A DNA stretch of 53,537 nucleotides from a virus (lineage: Duplodnaviria; Caudoviricetes): the IMG/VR virus record IMGVR_UViG_3300031699_000001, positions 1 to 53,537 of that record, one strand, 5' to 3'. The notes beneath the pieces were generated by a model that worked only from the letters and a program-made list of their open reading frames with translations, was not told where the DNA came from and ran no database searches. The stretch's first letter is position 1, and each line of letters begins with the position of its first letter. A program made the position numbers and the translations under genes. This document shows, piece by piece, positions 16,392-25,563 of this stretch.

Positions 16392-17120
16392 TTATTCCAC
16401 ACCTAGTGGCAAATCATCGTTTATTTTTTCATCTTCTAGTAAAAATTCAGGCTCTTTATCTTCATCACTTGTCTGTAAAGGCTCGTCAAACGCACGAGAA
16501 GCGCCCTCATTTAAGCGGTTTATTATATTTTCTACAAAAATACGATCTTTTAAAAATTGATCGTTTGAGTACGGTTTCTTTGAAGTTATATCTTTTCGCA
16601 GGTTTGAGAAAAATAAGCGCTCTTCATCATTAAGTGAGTCTTTATAATCAACCGCCATTTTAAAAAGTATTTCTCTTTTCTCATTCCATTCAGTAAATCC
16701 TACTGTTTGTTTTGGTGGCAATGTTTCTTTTTTTTCAGGTATTTTTTGAGTGTCTTGACAGTCAGTATCAACATCGCCTGCAATACCCGTTATACTTACA
16801 ATAGAATATCTTCTAAGATAAGTAAATACCGCCCCGTCTGCTTGTATCTGATTTGCACCTTTCATTTGAATATGGCCGACTGTTATTTTACGGGATAGAC
16901 TTTCACCGCTTGAATGGATTATAATATTTTCAATCCCTATTTCATTATTTTCTGAGATAGGCAATTGCAATATTGATAATTCGTGTTTGGCATAAATTGG
17001 TTTTACTTCATCAATAACTTTTTCGAGCGGGATGTAATTATATCCATATCCTTTAGATGAAGGATATAGGTTTTTTACTTCCGCATTTGCTTTAATCATT
17101 GCTGTGTATAAGTTTTTCAT
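16392..17120 (-). CDS. ERF-family single-strand annealing protein
   Basis: YNYIPLE, IIHSSGE, Q..GAVFTYLRRYSIVSITGIAGDVDTD. Confidence 0.9.
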   Translation of the reverse strand: MKNLYTAMIKANAEVKNLYPSSKGYGYNYIPLEKVIDEVKPIYAKHELSILQLPISENNEIGIENIIIHSSGESLSRKITVGHIQMKGANQIQADGAVFTYLRRYSIVSITGIAGDVDTDCQDTQKIPEKKETLPPKQTVGFTEWNEKREILFKMAVDYKDSLNDEERLFFSNLRKDITSKKPYSNDQFLKDRIFVENIINRLNEGASRAFDEPLQTSDEDKEPEFLLEDEKINDDLPLGVE

Positions 17121-17318
17121 TGTTTACTCCTTTATTATTTAATTGTTAGTACTATGGTATTTATTGTTATAGTCACCGTATTTATAACTATCAAAAATAT
17201 CCCTACAAAAAATAGCCTAGAATCAGGCGGATATCTAAAAATATCATATATGCCTAGCGAAAAAAGTAACGAGCTTAAGATAATTAAAATAATATTCATT
17301 ATATTTCTCCTTTATTAT

Positions 17319-18305
17319 TTATAATTTAGTACAATTTTCTCTTATGTAATTAGAAACTTTTGTTAATTGATCTTTTACCTGTGATAACAATTGTATTGAT
17401 TCAATACTGTTTAATTCTGGCAATTCCATTTTATCAATATTGTTAGCAAGTGTTATAAGTTTATTTTTATCCGGCATCATAGCAATTGATTTTTTTATTT
17501 GTTCTTCTTCTAATCGTTTTTTATTTTCAGCTTCTTCTTTTGCCTTTTGTTCATTCTGGATTCTTAATCTCTCTGCTTCAAGTTTTTGCCTTTCTGCTTC
17601 TATAGCTTTTCTTTCAGCTTCTTCTTTTGCTAATCTCTCAGCATTTTCTTTTTCTATTTTTTCTCTTTCTAGTTTTATAATTCTGTCTTTTTCTTCTGCT
17701 TCTTTTTGCAAACGATCATTATCTGCTTTTAATCTTGCTCTTTCTTCTGCTTCTGCTTTTTCATTTGCGATTCTTTGTTCTTCCGCTTGTTTTTCTGCTT
17801 CTTTCCTAGCCTCATAAGCCATTCCAGAGTTTTGTAATAGTTGATTGAATGCTTGATCGTTCATGTTTACAAGATCATAAAAAGAGCCATCGACATCTAC
17901 AACCGCTAATTGATTAAATCTTTCGGCTCTAATTTTTTCAAGCCTTTCTTGTTCTAATCTTTCAACAAACTTTTCTTTTTCGAGTAGGCTATCTTCAATT
18001 GGTTTTACAGTTCCTGCAATTAGATTATAGCAACCATCGATAAATCGACCTTCGACTAAGATGTTTTCTTTTAATTGCTTTTTTACTTTCTCTGCATTCA
18101 CTCGGATATCTTTTAAGTTTAATCTGATATCTCTTGCTTCTTTCATTTCTTTTATTTGAGATATATCTGTTATCTCAATTGATCTTGCCTTTGCTTCATA
18201 TTCCGATACTTGATCGAAAAACTGATTAAATTGTTCCATTACAACCTGAGCCTTTGGCTTTTCAAGTTGGGTTGTTTCTACTAATTTTACTAATTCATTA
18301 TTCAT
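17319..18305 (-). CDS. Long coiled-coil protein in the recombination module
   Basis: 328 aa, E/K/A/R-rich helix. Confidence 0.75.
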   Translation of the reverse strand: MNNELVKLVETTQLEKPKAQVVMEQFNQFFDQVSEYEAKARSIEITDISQIKEMKEARDIRLNLKDIRVNAEKVKKQLKENILVEGRFIDGCYNLIAGTVKPIEDSLLEKEKFVERLEQERLEKIRAERFNQLAVVDVDGSFYDLVNMNDQAFNQLLQNSGMAYEARKEAEKQAEEQRIANEKAEAEERARLKADNDRLQKEAEEKDRIIKLEREKIEKENAERLAKEEAERKAIEAERQKLEAERLRIQNEQKAKEEAENKKRLEEEQIKKSIAMMPDKNKLITLANNIDKMELPELNSIESIQLLSQVKDQLTKVSNYIRENCTKL

Positions 18306-18357
18306 CTTATTTCTCCTTTATTATTTATATAACTTTACTGCTTTATAGCAATAATAT

Positions 18358-18540
18358 TTAATGTTTCTTTACGAATTTATTATATAACTTTATTGTCAAT
18401 ATTATAATTATATATAGTATATTGCTAACAATTATACAGAACATAATATATATTATTTGCTTCAATCCATGAAATCTAAATGATGATATCAATGGAATAA
18501 ATAAAGCTCCAAAATTATAAGCTAACCAGTTTATTTTCAT
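18358..18540 (-). CDS. Small membrane protein
   Basis: 60 aa, hydrophobic, coupled to the upstream nuclease. Confidence 0.45.
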   Translation of the reverse strand: MKINWLAYNFGALFIPLISSFRFHGLKQIIYIMFCIIVSNILYIIIILTIKLYNKFVKKH

Positions 18541-19385
18541 TTTCTCTCCTTTGCTCTCGGGTTATAATACTCACACCATTTATTAACTCGGCAATAATCC
18601 TCACACTTTGCATCAACTCCCTCTCGATATTCTACACTATATTTATCATCAAGAGTTTTTAAATACTCGCTTGCCGATAATTCATCATCAAATAACTTAG
18701 TTGCTTTCTTATTGCCTTTTTTCATTATAGCCCATTTTTCATCTCTTAACCAGCGTTCTTTTTTATTACAGATAATATCCGTTTCGGTTAAGTGTTTTTG
18801 AATCCGATCTTTTATAAAGGCCTCAGTTTTTTCATTATCCCAGAGATTTAGCTCTATCATTTCAATTGGGTTTTGTGGATAGTCTTTTTCTGTTTTACTC
18901 TTACCTTTTGAATAATCCCTCAATATCATTATAGCTCTTATTTTTTTAACTGTAAATCCATATATATATAATAGATAAGCATAGATATTAAGTTGCTGTT
19001 CGAAGTCAGTATAATCTTTATATTTATATTTCCAGACACTCGACATTTTATAATCATCCAGTGTTCCATCTTCATAAAAGGCATCAAATTGACCAGATAT
19101 CTCAATACCATCTATAACAACTTTTAACCGTTCTTCAATTAAAACCTCTTTACTGTCGTTTGATTTTGTTAACACTTCATGTAAGGCTGTTCCGGTTAAA
19201 GCCCAGACCCTATCCATAACATCCTCAGTAATTTCCGCACTATGTAGCTTTTCAAGATTAAGCATATAAGGGCTTTTTAATAAATCGGTTGCTGAGTATT
19301 TTGAAGTATTAGTATAATCACGTTGGAATGATTTAACTGCATTTTCAAAAACTTTTGGAAGGTTTAATTTATTTGTTATTGTCAT
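18537..19385 (-). CDS. PD-(D/E)xK (Cas4/RecB-like) exonuclease
   Basis: SATDL, GTALH, EER, SGQFD...DYK, QLNIYAYL and C-terminal Cys cluster (C...CEDYC....C). Confidence 0.88.
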   Translation of the reverse strand: MTITNKLNLPKVFENAVKSFQRDYTNTSKYSATDLLKSPYMLNLEKLHSAEITEDVMDRVWALTGTALHEVLTKSNDSKEVLIEERLKVVIDGIEISGQFDAFYEDGTLDDYKMSSVWKYKYKDYTDFEQQLNIYAYLLYIYGFTVKKIRAIMILRDYSKGKSKTEKDYPQNPIEMIELNLWDNEKTEAFIKDRIQKHLTETDIICNKKERWLRDEKWAIMKKGNKKATKLFDDELSASEYLKTLDDKYSVEYREGVDAKCEDYCRVNKWCEYYNPRAKERK

Positions 19386-19591
19386 TTCTTCACCTCTTCA
19401 TATCTTACTACCATATCAGCGAGGTCGCTTTGTATTCTGTCAATTTTAGATTGCTTCTTTGCACACTCAAAACGTTCTGCAATTAAACTTCCTTTTAGAT
19501 ACGCAATAACTAAATAAGGATCGTTTTTAAAATTTTCAAAGGCGTTGTCTATTTCCGTTTCTATTTGTTCTTTTATTTTATTTAGTTCCAT
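19382..19591 (-). CDS. Hypothetical protein
   Basis: 69-aa coupled ORF. Confidence 0.5.
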   Translation of the reverse strand: MELNKIKEQIETEIDNAFENFKNDPYLVIAYLKGSLIAERFECAKKQSKIDRIQSDLADMVVRYEEVKK

Positions 19592-19797
19592 TTGATTAAC
19601 TCCTTAATAATGTAGTCTAATGTTTCACCGTTAACTTTGCTTGTAATGTTGCGAAAGTACTTGAATGTTAATTCCTTTTTTCCATTACGTATTTCTGATA
19701 GGCTAGTATTTGGCATCCCTATCCAGTCGGCTAGCTGCTGATCGGTAGTAAGATTTAGCACGCCTTTTAAGTAGTTGAATAGTTTGTTATAATCCAT
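19582..19797 (-). CDS. XRE/Cro-like helix-turn-helix regulator
   Basis: TDQQLADWIGMPNTSLSEIRNGKKEL. Confidence 0.85.
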   Translation of the reverse strand: MDYNKLFNYLKGVLNLTTDQQLADWIGMPNTSLSEIRNGKKELTFKYFRNITSKVNGETLDYIIKELIKWN

Positions 19798-20164
19798 TAT
19801 TAAGCTCCTCTTCTTTTATTTCAAATGCTTTTAGGATTGCCTCATTCTCTGAATCTTCTTTATCAATGTAAATATTAGTACTATAAAATTCATAATTATT
19901 TTGTCGATTATATATAAAGCATTTAAAACCATTTCCATTGATTGAATAATGATATGTTATAATTATCATATTATTTCGAAAAAACTTTTCAAGATCACAA
20001 TAGCAAACTCTAATATGCTCTCTTGTAGAAAAATTTATTATTTTATGTAATTCCAACTTGCCAGTAAAATCATTATGCCACTCGATAAACCATACCCTAT
20101 GTTTTAAAAACAAAATATAACTATTTATATATTTTTCTTTTATATCTTTCCAGTTAATATTCAT
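19787..20164 (-). CDS. Hypothetical protein
   Basis: Start placed at MNINW after an AAGGAG RBS. Confidence 0.55.
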   Translation of the reverse strand: MNINWKDIKEKYINSYILFLKHRVWFIEWHNDFTGKLELHKIINFSTREHIRVCYCDLEKFFRNNMIIITYHYSINGNGFKCFIYNRQNNYEFYSTNIYIDKEDSENEAILKAFEIKEEELNNGL

Positions 20165-20332
20165 TAGTTTGACTCCTTTAATATTTTTGATAGACAAAAA
20201 GCTATTATACAAACACACAAAATCCCAAATCCCACCCATGGCCAGAAGTAATCACTATATATCATTTCAGTTACCGAAAGCCCAAATAATAGCACAAAAA
20301 GCATCATTATTATTATGTTTATTATTTTCATC

Positions 20333-20545
20333 TTATATCTCCTTTAATTCATCAAGTTCATTTTCAATTGTCATGTTGTCTATTATTTGACAATCAAAGT
20401 TAAGCAATGCATCTTCTAGTTGATCACCTAAAACTTTTAATGTATCGTATGTTTTCACGGCATTAAACTTTTTAAGAAAGTTCTCTCGAAAGTCTACGAT
20501 ATCATCTAATGTTTTGATGATTTCTGTTAAGTCATAGTTATTCAT
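20333..20545 (-). CDS. Acidic hypothetical early protein
   Basis: 70 aa, AAGGAG RBS. Confidence 0.55.
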   Translation of the reverse strand: MNNYDLTEIIKTLDDIVDFRENFLKKFNAVKTYDTLKVLGDQLEDALLNFDCQIIDNMTIENELDELKEI

Positions 20546-20742
20546 TGTTTACTCCTTTTATAATATCCGTGTTTTATTTGATCTTCAATAGTAAGCATAT
20601 CCTCAACGCTATAATGCCACCATTGCTTATATTTGCCATAATATTTATACACAACAATTATTTCGCTATTATCCTCGAATATATTTACTACATGATATTT
20701 TGTAGCCTTATTATACTTATAAAAACAATCACCTACTTTCAT
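20542..20742 (-). CDS. Hypothetical early protein
   Basis: 66 aa, AGGAGG RBS. Confidence 0.6.
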   Translation of the reverse strand: MKVGDCFYKYNKATKYHVVNIFEDNSEIIVVYKYYGKYKQWWHYSVEDMLTIEDQIKHGYYKRSKQ

Positions 20743-20744
20743 TG

Positions 20745-20885
20745 TTATCCTCCTATATAATCAAGTCTGTCATAGTCTTCATAAGGTTCTTCAGGCTCGC
20801 CAAAATCTTCCTCATTATCTTCCGGCACGTCATCTTCATGGACGTCTGTACATTCACGCTCTAACCATTTGTCGTGTCCTTGCAT
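20745..20885 (-). CDS. Very acidic 46-aa peptide (not in the ORF track)
   Basis: Hand translation MQGHDKWLERECTDVHEDDVPEDNEEDFGEPEEPYEDYDRLDYIGG; AAGGAG RBS; fills the gap exactly. Confidence 0.65.
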   Translation of the reverse strand: MQGHDKWLERECTDVHEDDVPEDNEEDFGEPEEPYEDYDRLDYIGG

Positions 20886-20886
20886 T

Positions 20887-21408
20887 TTACGCTCCTTTTA
20901 GTAAATTTTTATTTTCGTATATGTTGCCAATTATTATAAAGTTTTCATAAACGGCATTATTCTCACCCCCGATTCTATCCTCATGTACGACGCTTTTAAA
21001 TAATACACTCATTTGTAATTTTTCATTATAATGCAAACTTATTTGATTTAGGTATTTTATAGTTGGATAACAATGACAATCTTTTATTATAAAAGCACCA
21101 TTATCAAAGCCTATAAACCCTTTAAATACTTGCTTTGTTGTGTCTTTATAAAATCCACTAGCGCAATGAAAACCGCTACTTTCAACTCTATCAAATTGGA
21201 TAATATCACCCTCATATATTTCTTTTCCATTTTTATCTTTTAATCCTGTATATTGAGATATAAAAAAATCCTTCTCATTCAGCTCAAAAACATCACCATC
21301 ACAATTAACTCCATCTGGCATAATATAAACATTATCGTAAACAATGCAATCTGTTTGATTTGGGAAATCATTATCCAATGCATAAGCTCTAAATTTAATT
21401 TCTCTCAT
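20887..21408 (-). CDS. YopX family protein
   Basis: MREIKFRA...QYTGLKDKNGKEIYEGDI...IIGNIYEN. Confidence 0.95.
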   Translation of the reverse strand: MREIKFRAYALDNDFPNQTDCIVYDNVYIMPDGVNCDGDVFELNEKDFFISQYTGLKDKNGKEIYEGDIIQFDRVESSGFHCASGFYKDTTKQVFKGFIGFDNGAFIIKDCHCYPTIKYLNQISLHYNEKLQMSVLFKSVVHEDRIGGENNAVYENFIIIGNIYENKNLLKGA

Positions 21409-21513
21409 TTCTTCACCCCCTTCAATAGCTTTTCAATCTTAGCCTCATTCTCTTTGTTGATCTTAATTTGATCAAGCAATAACTTGTCAACAAAAAATAC
21501 TGATTTTCTCATC

Positions 21514-21717
21514 TTACAACTCCTTTAAGTGATCGTTTATAAAATTATTTATTGTTTCGGTAATATATCTTTTCTTTTCCTTTCTATCTACAACGCTAGA
21601 ATCTATTATGTTCACATCCTGCGTCCCTCGTCTTTCATGGAAATTCATCAAAGTAGCTTTATACTCATTGTTTTCTATAGTGATTCTTATGTCGATCATT
21701 TCCATTTCTTTAGTCAT
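21514..21717 (-). CDS. Hypothetical early protein
   Basis: 67 aa, AAGGAG RBS. Confidence 0.55.
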   Translation of the reverse strand: MTKEMEMIDIRITIENNEYKATLMNFHERRGTQDVNIIDSSVVDRKEKKRYITETINNFINDHLKEL

Positions 21718-22064
21718 TTAGTCAACTCCTTCTAATATCTCATATGCTGTTTCTAACATTCTTATATCATCATAGCACATCACTTGTTTTTCACCTTTTG
21801 TCATAGTTCTATAAGTATCAACTATTTCTTTCGCTCTGTATTTATCCATTTTTAACTCCTTATAATAACTCTAATGCTAGTCCCTGTAATCTTACAAGCT
21901 CGCTTGTCTGCGCTGCATCGCAGCTGAAACAATTAGTATCAAATGCGTTCGCAAACAATTCTTTGATCTTGTCAACTCTTTTGTGATTGATCGCTATTTC
22001 CCAGTCAATCAAATGTTGTAATGCTTCAATATGTTTCAATTTATTTCTCCTTATTGTTAAGATA

Positions 22065-22092
22065 AGTATATCATATTATTTTAATAAGTCAA
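22065..22092 (-). promoter_or_regulatory. Probable main early promoter
   Basis: TTGACT-N16-TATACT with extended -10 TG; lies downstream of the late terminator and upstream of an AAGGAG RBS. Confidence 0.65.
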
Positions 22093-22212
22093 GAAAAATA
22101 TTCGTAAATATCTAATTATTTTGATTTATTTAACAATTATTTACATTTGAAGTTATGATTTTAAGTGTTTTACTACATGTAGTAGTAGTGTTTTGTAGTT
22201 TTTGTAGTTAAT

Positions 22213-22240
22213 AAAAAAGCCCCGTATCTCTACGAGGCTC
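22213..22240 (-). terminator. Intrinsic terminator closing the late/lysis operon
   Basis: AGCCTCGTA-GAGA-TACGGGGCT followed by a T-run. Confidence 0.85.
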
Positions 22241-22265
22241 AAGGAGAAAACCGATGAAAAAGGTT

Positions 22266-22814
22266 TTATTTATTTTTACCAAACTTAAAGCCAACTTCAA
22301 ATAGACCAGCACCGCCGATATCTTCATATATCTTAACGGCTATACCGCCACCGATAAAAGGCTCAATCAGTTTGCAGTTAGTAAAATATCTTCTATACAT
22401 TACACCAACATATATATCCGGCGTTATTGTTTTGTCAATCCCGGCAAGTGCAAATAAACTTAATGAATGTTGAAAGCTAAATGTAGCTTTTAGGGCTTCA
22501 TTTGTTTTGTTAAGTCTATCATATAAGTTGTCTATTATGATTGTATCGGCCTTTATAATATCTTGCTGGTTAAGTATTATTTCGTCCTTTTTTGCAGAGC
22601 TTAGATACTTAATAGTTTCTTTTGTAATAGGATTTTCCAGTAAGTTGTTAATAGTATTTTCACGCTCTGTAAGCAATTTTTCTTTGTTTTGTAGTATAAT
22701 ATTATTCTCTTGAATTATCTTGCTTGTAGCTAATCTATGCCACCATAGAAGAAACGCTATAACTAATAGACTAATGAAAAGTGCTATGCTTAATATCCAT
22801 ATTGCTTTTTTCAT
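22266..22814 (-). CDS. Membrane-anchored coiled-coil lysis accessory protein (spanin-like)
   Basis: N-terminal TM helix, coiled coil, C-terminal amphipathic beta strands; follows the holin. Confidence 0.5.
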   Translation of the reverse strand: MKKAIWILSIALFISLLVIAFLLWWHRLATSKIIQENNIILQNKEKLLTERENTINNLLENPITKETIKYLSSAKKDEIILNQQDIIKADTIIIDNLYDRLNKTNEALKATFSFQHSLSLFALAGIDKTITPDIYVGVMYRRYFTNCKLIEPFIGGGIAVKIYEDIGGAGLFEVGFKFGKNK

Positions 22815-23008
22815 TTCTTTTTCTTTATTGATGCTGAGATTTCATCTTTAAATTTATCAACTGAACTTGTACCTAATACTGCAAAAGTAATCCACATATA
22901 TACATCCGATGGTATTTTACCATACCACAATAATATAGTAGAAAGTCCCATTACAAGAAACCTTCTACTTAAAAACAATCTCATTAACCGCTGTTTTAAT
23001 TCGTCCAT
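22811..23008 (-). CDS. Putative holin
   Basis: 65 aa, SRRFL motif, two TM helices, basic C-terminus KKKK. Confidence 0.65.
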   Translation of the reverse strand: MDELKQRLMRLFLSRRFLVMGLSTILLWYGKIPSDVYMWITFAVLGTSSVDKFKDEISASIKKKK

Positions 23009-23012
23009 GTTG

Positions 23013-23438
23013 TTAATTTATACTATTTTCCAGAATTAATACCACTCTTACCTTTTTCGACTCCCACCAACCATAGTCTATTTTGTATTCGATAATTCCA
23101 TCATCATCTGTATAGCATTGCAATTCTACCTTTTTACCCAAATTGTAACTTGTAGACCCCTGATAATTTGACGTATAATTACCGTTATATTCTCTTATCG
23201 CAAATGAAACATACTCTGATCCATCCGTGTCTATGTCAAGAACCTGCAAACTTACGCGGATAAGAGATTGCTTATTGCTTACATAGCTCCCAAGATCAGC
23301 TTGAACCCATTCACCTTCATTGTTATAATCAACATATACCCATCCATCAAACATAGTGTATCCATGCTTATTAAGCCCCGAAAACATTGGCATTGTTAAT
23401 AAGATTAACACCAACAAAATGCTTATAATTTTTTTCAT
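23013..23438 (-). CDS. Secreted protein, paralog of 4192..4833
   Basis: Signal peptide MKKIISILLVLILLTMPMFS; GGAGG RBS. Confidence 0.7.
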   Translation of the reverse strand: MKKIISILLVLILLTMPMFSGLNKHGYTMFDGWVYVDYNNEGEWVQADLGSYVSNKQSLIRVSLQVLDIDTDGSEYVSFAIREYNGNYTSNYQGSTSYNLGKKVELQCYTDDDGIIEYKIDYGWWESKKVRVVLILENSIN

Positions 23439-23451
23439 AATAACCTCCCAG

Positions 23452-23886
23452 TTACTTTATTAAATTAGATAGCCAAAATACAGGGATAGAAATAAATCCC
23501 CATAGTATAAAATGTATTATATCAACTTGACCCATTATGTTTAACTTGATTGTTTTACTCCCAATTTTTATTTCTGTTGCATAATACCATAAGTTTAAGT
23601 TTAAAATCTTGTTAAATAATATACCATAGCCTAATTCTATAAGGCTACAAATTACAGCACCAAAAAGCATAAATAATACTAGAAAATCTAATAACTTAAA
23701 TATAGGTATATAGGTTATCCAGAATAAAATAAGCCCACCCGTACCGTAAACAAATATATTAAGCAGTGGCTTTAGTTTTTTAAGTATTTCTATTATACCC
23801 TTAACGCCTTCTAGCTGTCTTGTTATCCAATCAACTATAAATCCGAGTCCACCCATTAACAAAAATACTAATAATATTAGTTTCAT
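23452..23886 (-). CDS. CmpB/TMEM229-like membrane protein (putative ABC permease type IV family)
   Basis: ICSLIELGYGILFN..LNLNLWYY...NIMGQV...FILW; multiple TM helices. Confidence 0.7.
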   Translation of the reverse strand: MKLILLVFLLMGGLGFIVDWITRQLEGVKGIIEILKKLKPLLNIFVYGTGGLILFWITYIPIFKLLDFLVLFMLFGAVICSLIELGYGILFNKILNLNLWYYATEIKIGSKTIKLNIMGQVDIIHFILWGFISIPVFWLSNLIK

Positions 23887-24131
23887 AATCTATTCTCCTT
23901 TTTAAGTTTTTCTCTTAACTCATATTCTAATTGTTTATTTTTATTTATTACTGTTTGATAACTTGATACTCGCTTTTTCTCAATAAATACTTCAATTTCT
24001 GGCTTTTCAATATCGGCTGTTCTTTGCTGTTTTTTCATTAAATTAAAGATTTTTGAGCGTATTTGAATATCACGATACCACAGAATTAAAACAGGAATTA
24101 GAATAATTATAGCACTAAAAATATATTTCAT
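23883..24131 (-). CDS. Membrane-anchored small protein
   Basis: N-terminal TM helix. Confidence 0.55.
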   Translation of the reverse strand: MKYIFSAIIILIPVLILWYRDIQIRSKIFNLMKKQQRTADIEKPEIEVFIEKKRVSSYQTVINKNKQLEYELREKLKKENRL

Positions 24132-24287
24132 GGTTACTCTCTAACCTTATTAAAGTATCATCGCTTATCTCTTCTTGCTCTTCATATATACACGCTGAGC
24201 ATCTTGAATAAGAATATTTTTTACTACCCAGCATTATTACTTTTGGCATAGATAATGTTTTATTATAGCACATAGGACATTCTCTAT

Positions 24288-24764
24288 TCATTGTAATTCA
24301 ATCTTTATAAGTTTAGTTATATCTTTATTTTGCAGACGTTTTTCTTTACCGTTTTCTACGTCAAATATCATCCAAGTGTTAGCTTCTTTTCGCAATACGT
24401 TAACATAATGACCGCCACCCGATCGGTGAATAATTCTAGCAATCCAGTAAGTTCTATCTTCTTCATAATAATTTTTATAATTTAAATCATTTACAATACT
24501 TGTATTTATGATAAATCTTAATCTATCCAACATTAAAAAACTTGCTCTATTTTCTACTGTTTTTTTATCATATAGATATTCGTAGCATTTATTTTCTTTT
24601 ATGATATCATTAAGCTCTTTCGGAGTCATGTCAAGTATATTAGCAAGTGAAGTAACAAGGCACCCCCAGCGTGAAATGTAGTCAATCCAACCCCGATATT
24701 TTTCGTTGCATTGAGTCATTATCTCATTGCCATATTTTTTATCTGTTTGTGTATTTTTTAGCAT
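24288..24764 (-). CDS. Papain-like (C39-like) cysteine peptidase, candidate endolysin
   Basis: Q.D..Y, WGCLVTSLA (Cys), TPKELN, GGHYV (His), IFD (Asp); located in the lysis cassette. Confidence 0.7.
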   Translation of the reverse strand: MLKNTQTDKKYGNEIMTQCNEKYRGWIDYISRWGCLVTSLANILDMTPKELNDIIKENKCYEYLYDKKTVENRASFLMLDRLRFIINTSIVNDLNYKNYYEEDRTYWIARIIHRSGGGHYVNVLRKEANTWMIFDVENGKEKRLQNKDITKLIKIELQ

Positions 24765-25136
24765 TTATTTTACTCCAAACCATATTAAAGTTAATATTAC
24801 AGCTATAGGGAAAACCCAACCTTTTAACACTTCTATACCTATCAAAAATGTATTTTTTATTCTTTTCTCTCTTAGTGCATCAATAGTTTGTTTATCAAGT
24901 TCAATATGTTCTAACTTATATTCAATTTTGTCGATCCTATCATCATGATCATTACATATTCTATTAAGTTTTACTACAACACTTTCAATTCTTTTCATAG
25001 AATCTTTTAGCAAATCATGTGCTTCTATTTTGAATTGTGTTATGTCGGTCTTTAATTCTTTTTTCATAGTTTCTATTATACCTAAGAAAAACTCTATATC
25101 ACCTTTATCCATACTCATAATATCATATCCTTTCAA
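24765..25136 (-). CDS. Coiled-coil protein with C-terminal TM helix (holin/XhlA-like)
   Basis: HDDRIDKIE coiled coil and hydrophobic C-terminus; first gene of the lysis cassette. Confidence 0.55.
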   Translation of the reverse strand: MKGYDIMSMDKGDIEFFLGIIETMKKELKTDITQFKIEAHDLLKDSMKRIESVVVKLNRICNDHDDRIDKIEYKLEHIELDKQTIDALREKRIKNTFLIGIEVLKGWVFPIAVILTLIWFGVK

Positions 25137-25553
25137 TTATATCAATATATTTTTTAATTCACCTATTGTTTTAGCTTTTTCGATAGATGCATATACTTTA
25201 TCATACTTAGTTGTATCTTTTGTCATTATATAGTCGATGTCTTGACTAACAATATTTCCAAGCTGTAATTTTACTTTTGCCTTTGCATCTTCTAACAACT
25301 CTGCTTCAGTTTTTAGTCTCCATACACCCGCTTCTTCTATAATCTCATGTTTTGTGTAAGTGTATTCAATCTGCATTGTAGGCTCATCAAATTCTTTTGC
25401 ATGTATTGTTTTTGTAACCCCACCACGATATATTTTGATATACTCGGGCTTTCCGTTATCTGGATTTCCAACAAATATATCGCTGTCAAGTTTTTCATCT
25501 CGAAGTATATCAAGATACTTGCCACCTGTTCTTACTTTTACAAATTCATTCAT
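25137..25553 (-). CDS. Putative tail fibre-associated/assembly protein
   Basis: Directly downstream of the tail fibre; KTEAELLEDAK...IEKAKTIGEL. Confidence 0.5.
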   Translation of the reverse strand: MNEFVKVRTGGKYLDILRDEKLDSDIFVGNPDNGKPEYIKIYRGGVTKTIHAKEFDEPTMQIEYTYTKHEIIEEAGVWRLKTEAELLEDAKAKVKLQLGNIVSQDIDYIMTKDTTKYDKVYASIEKAKTIGELKNILI

Positions 25554-25563
25554 TTTTTTCTCC

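Noticed and set aside
18537-19385. Cas4-like gene as evidence of CRISPR-Cas
   Set aside because: It stands alone in a recombination module with ERF and SSB; there is no array or other cas gene.
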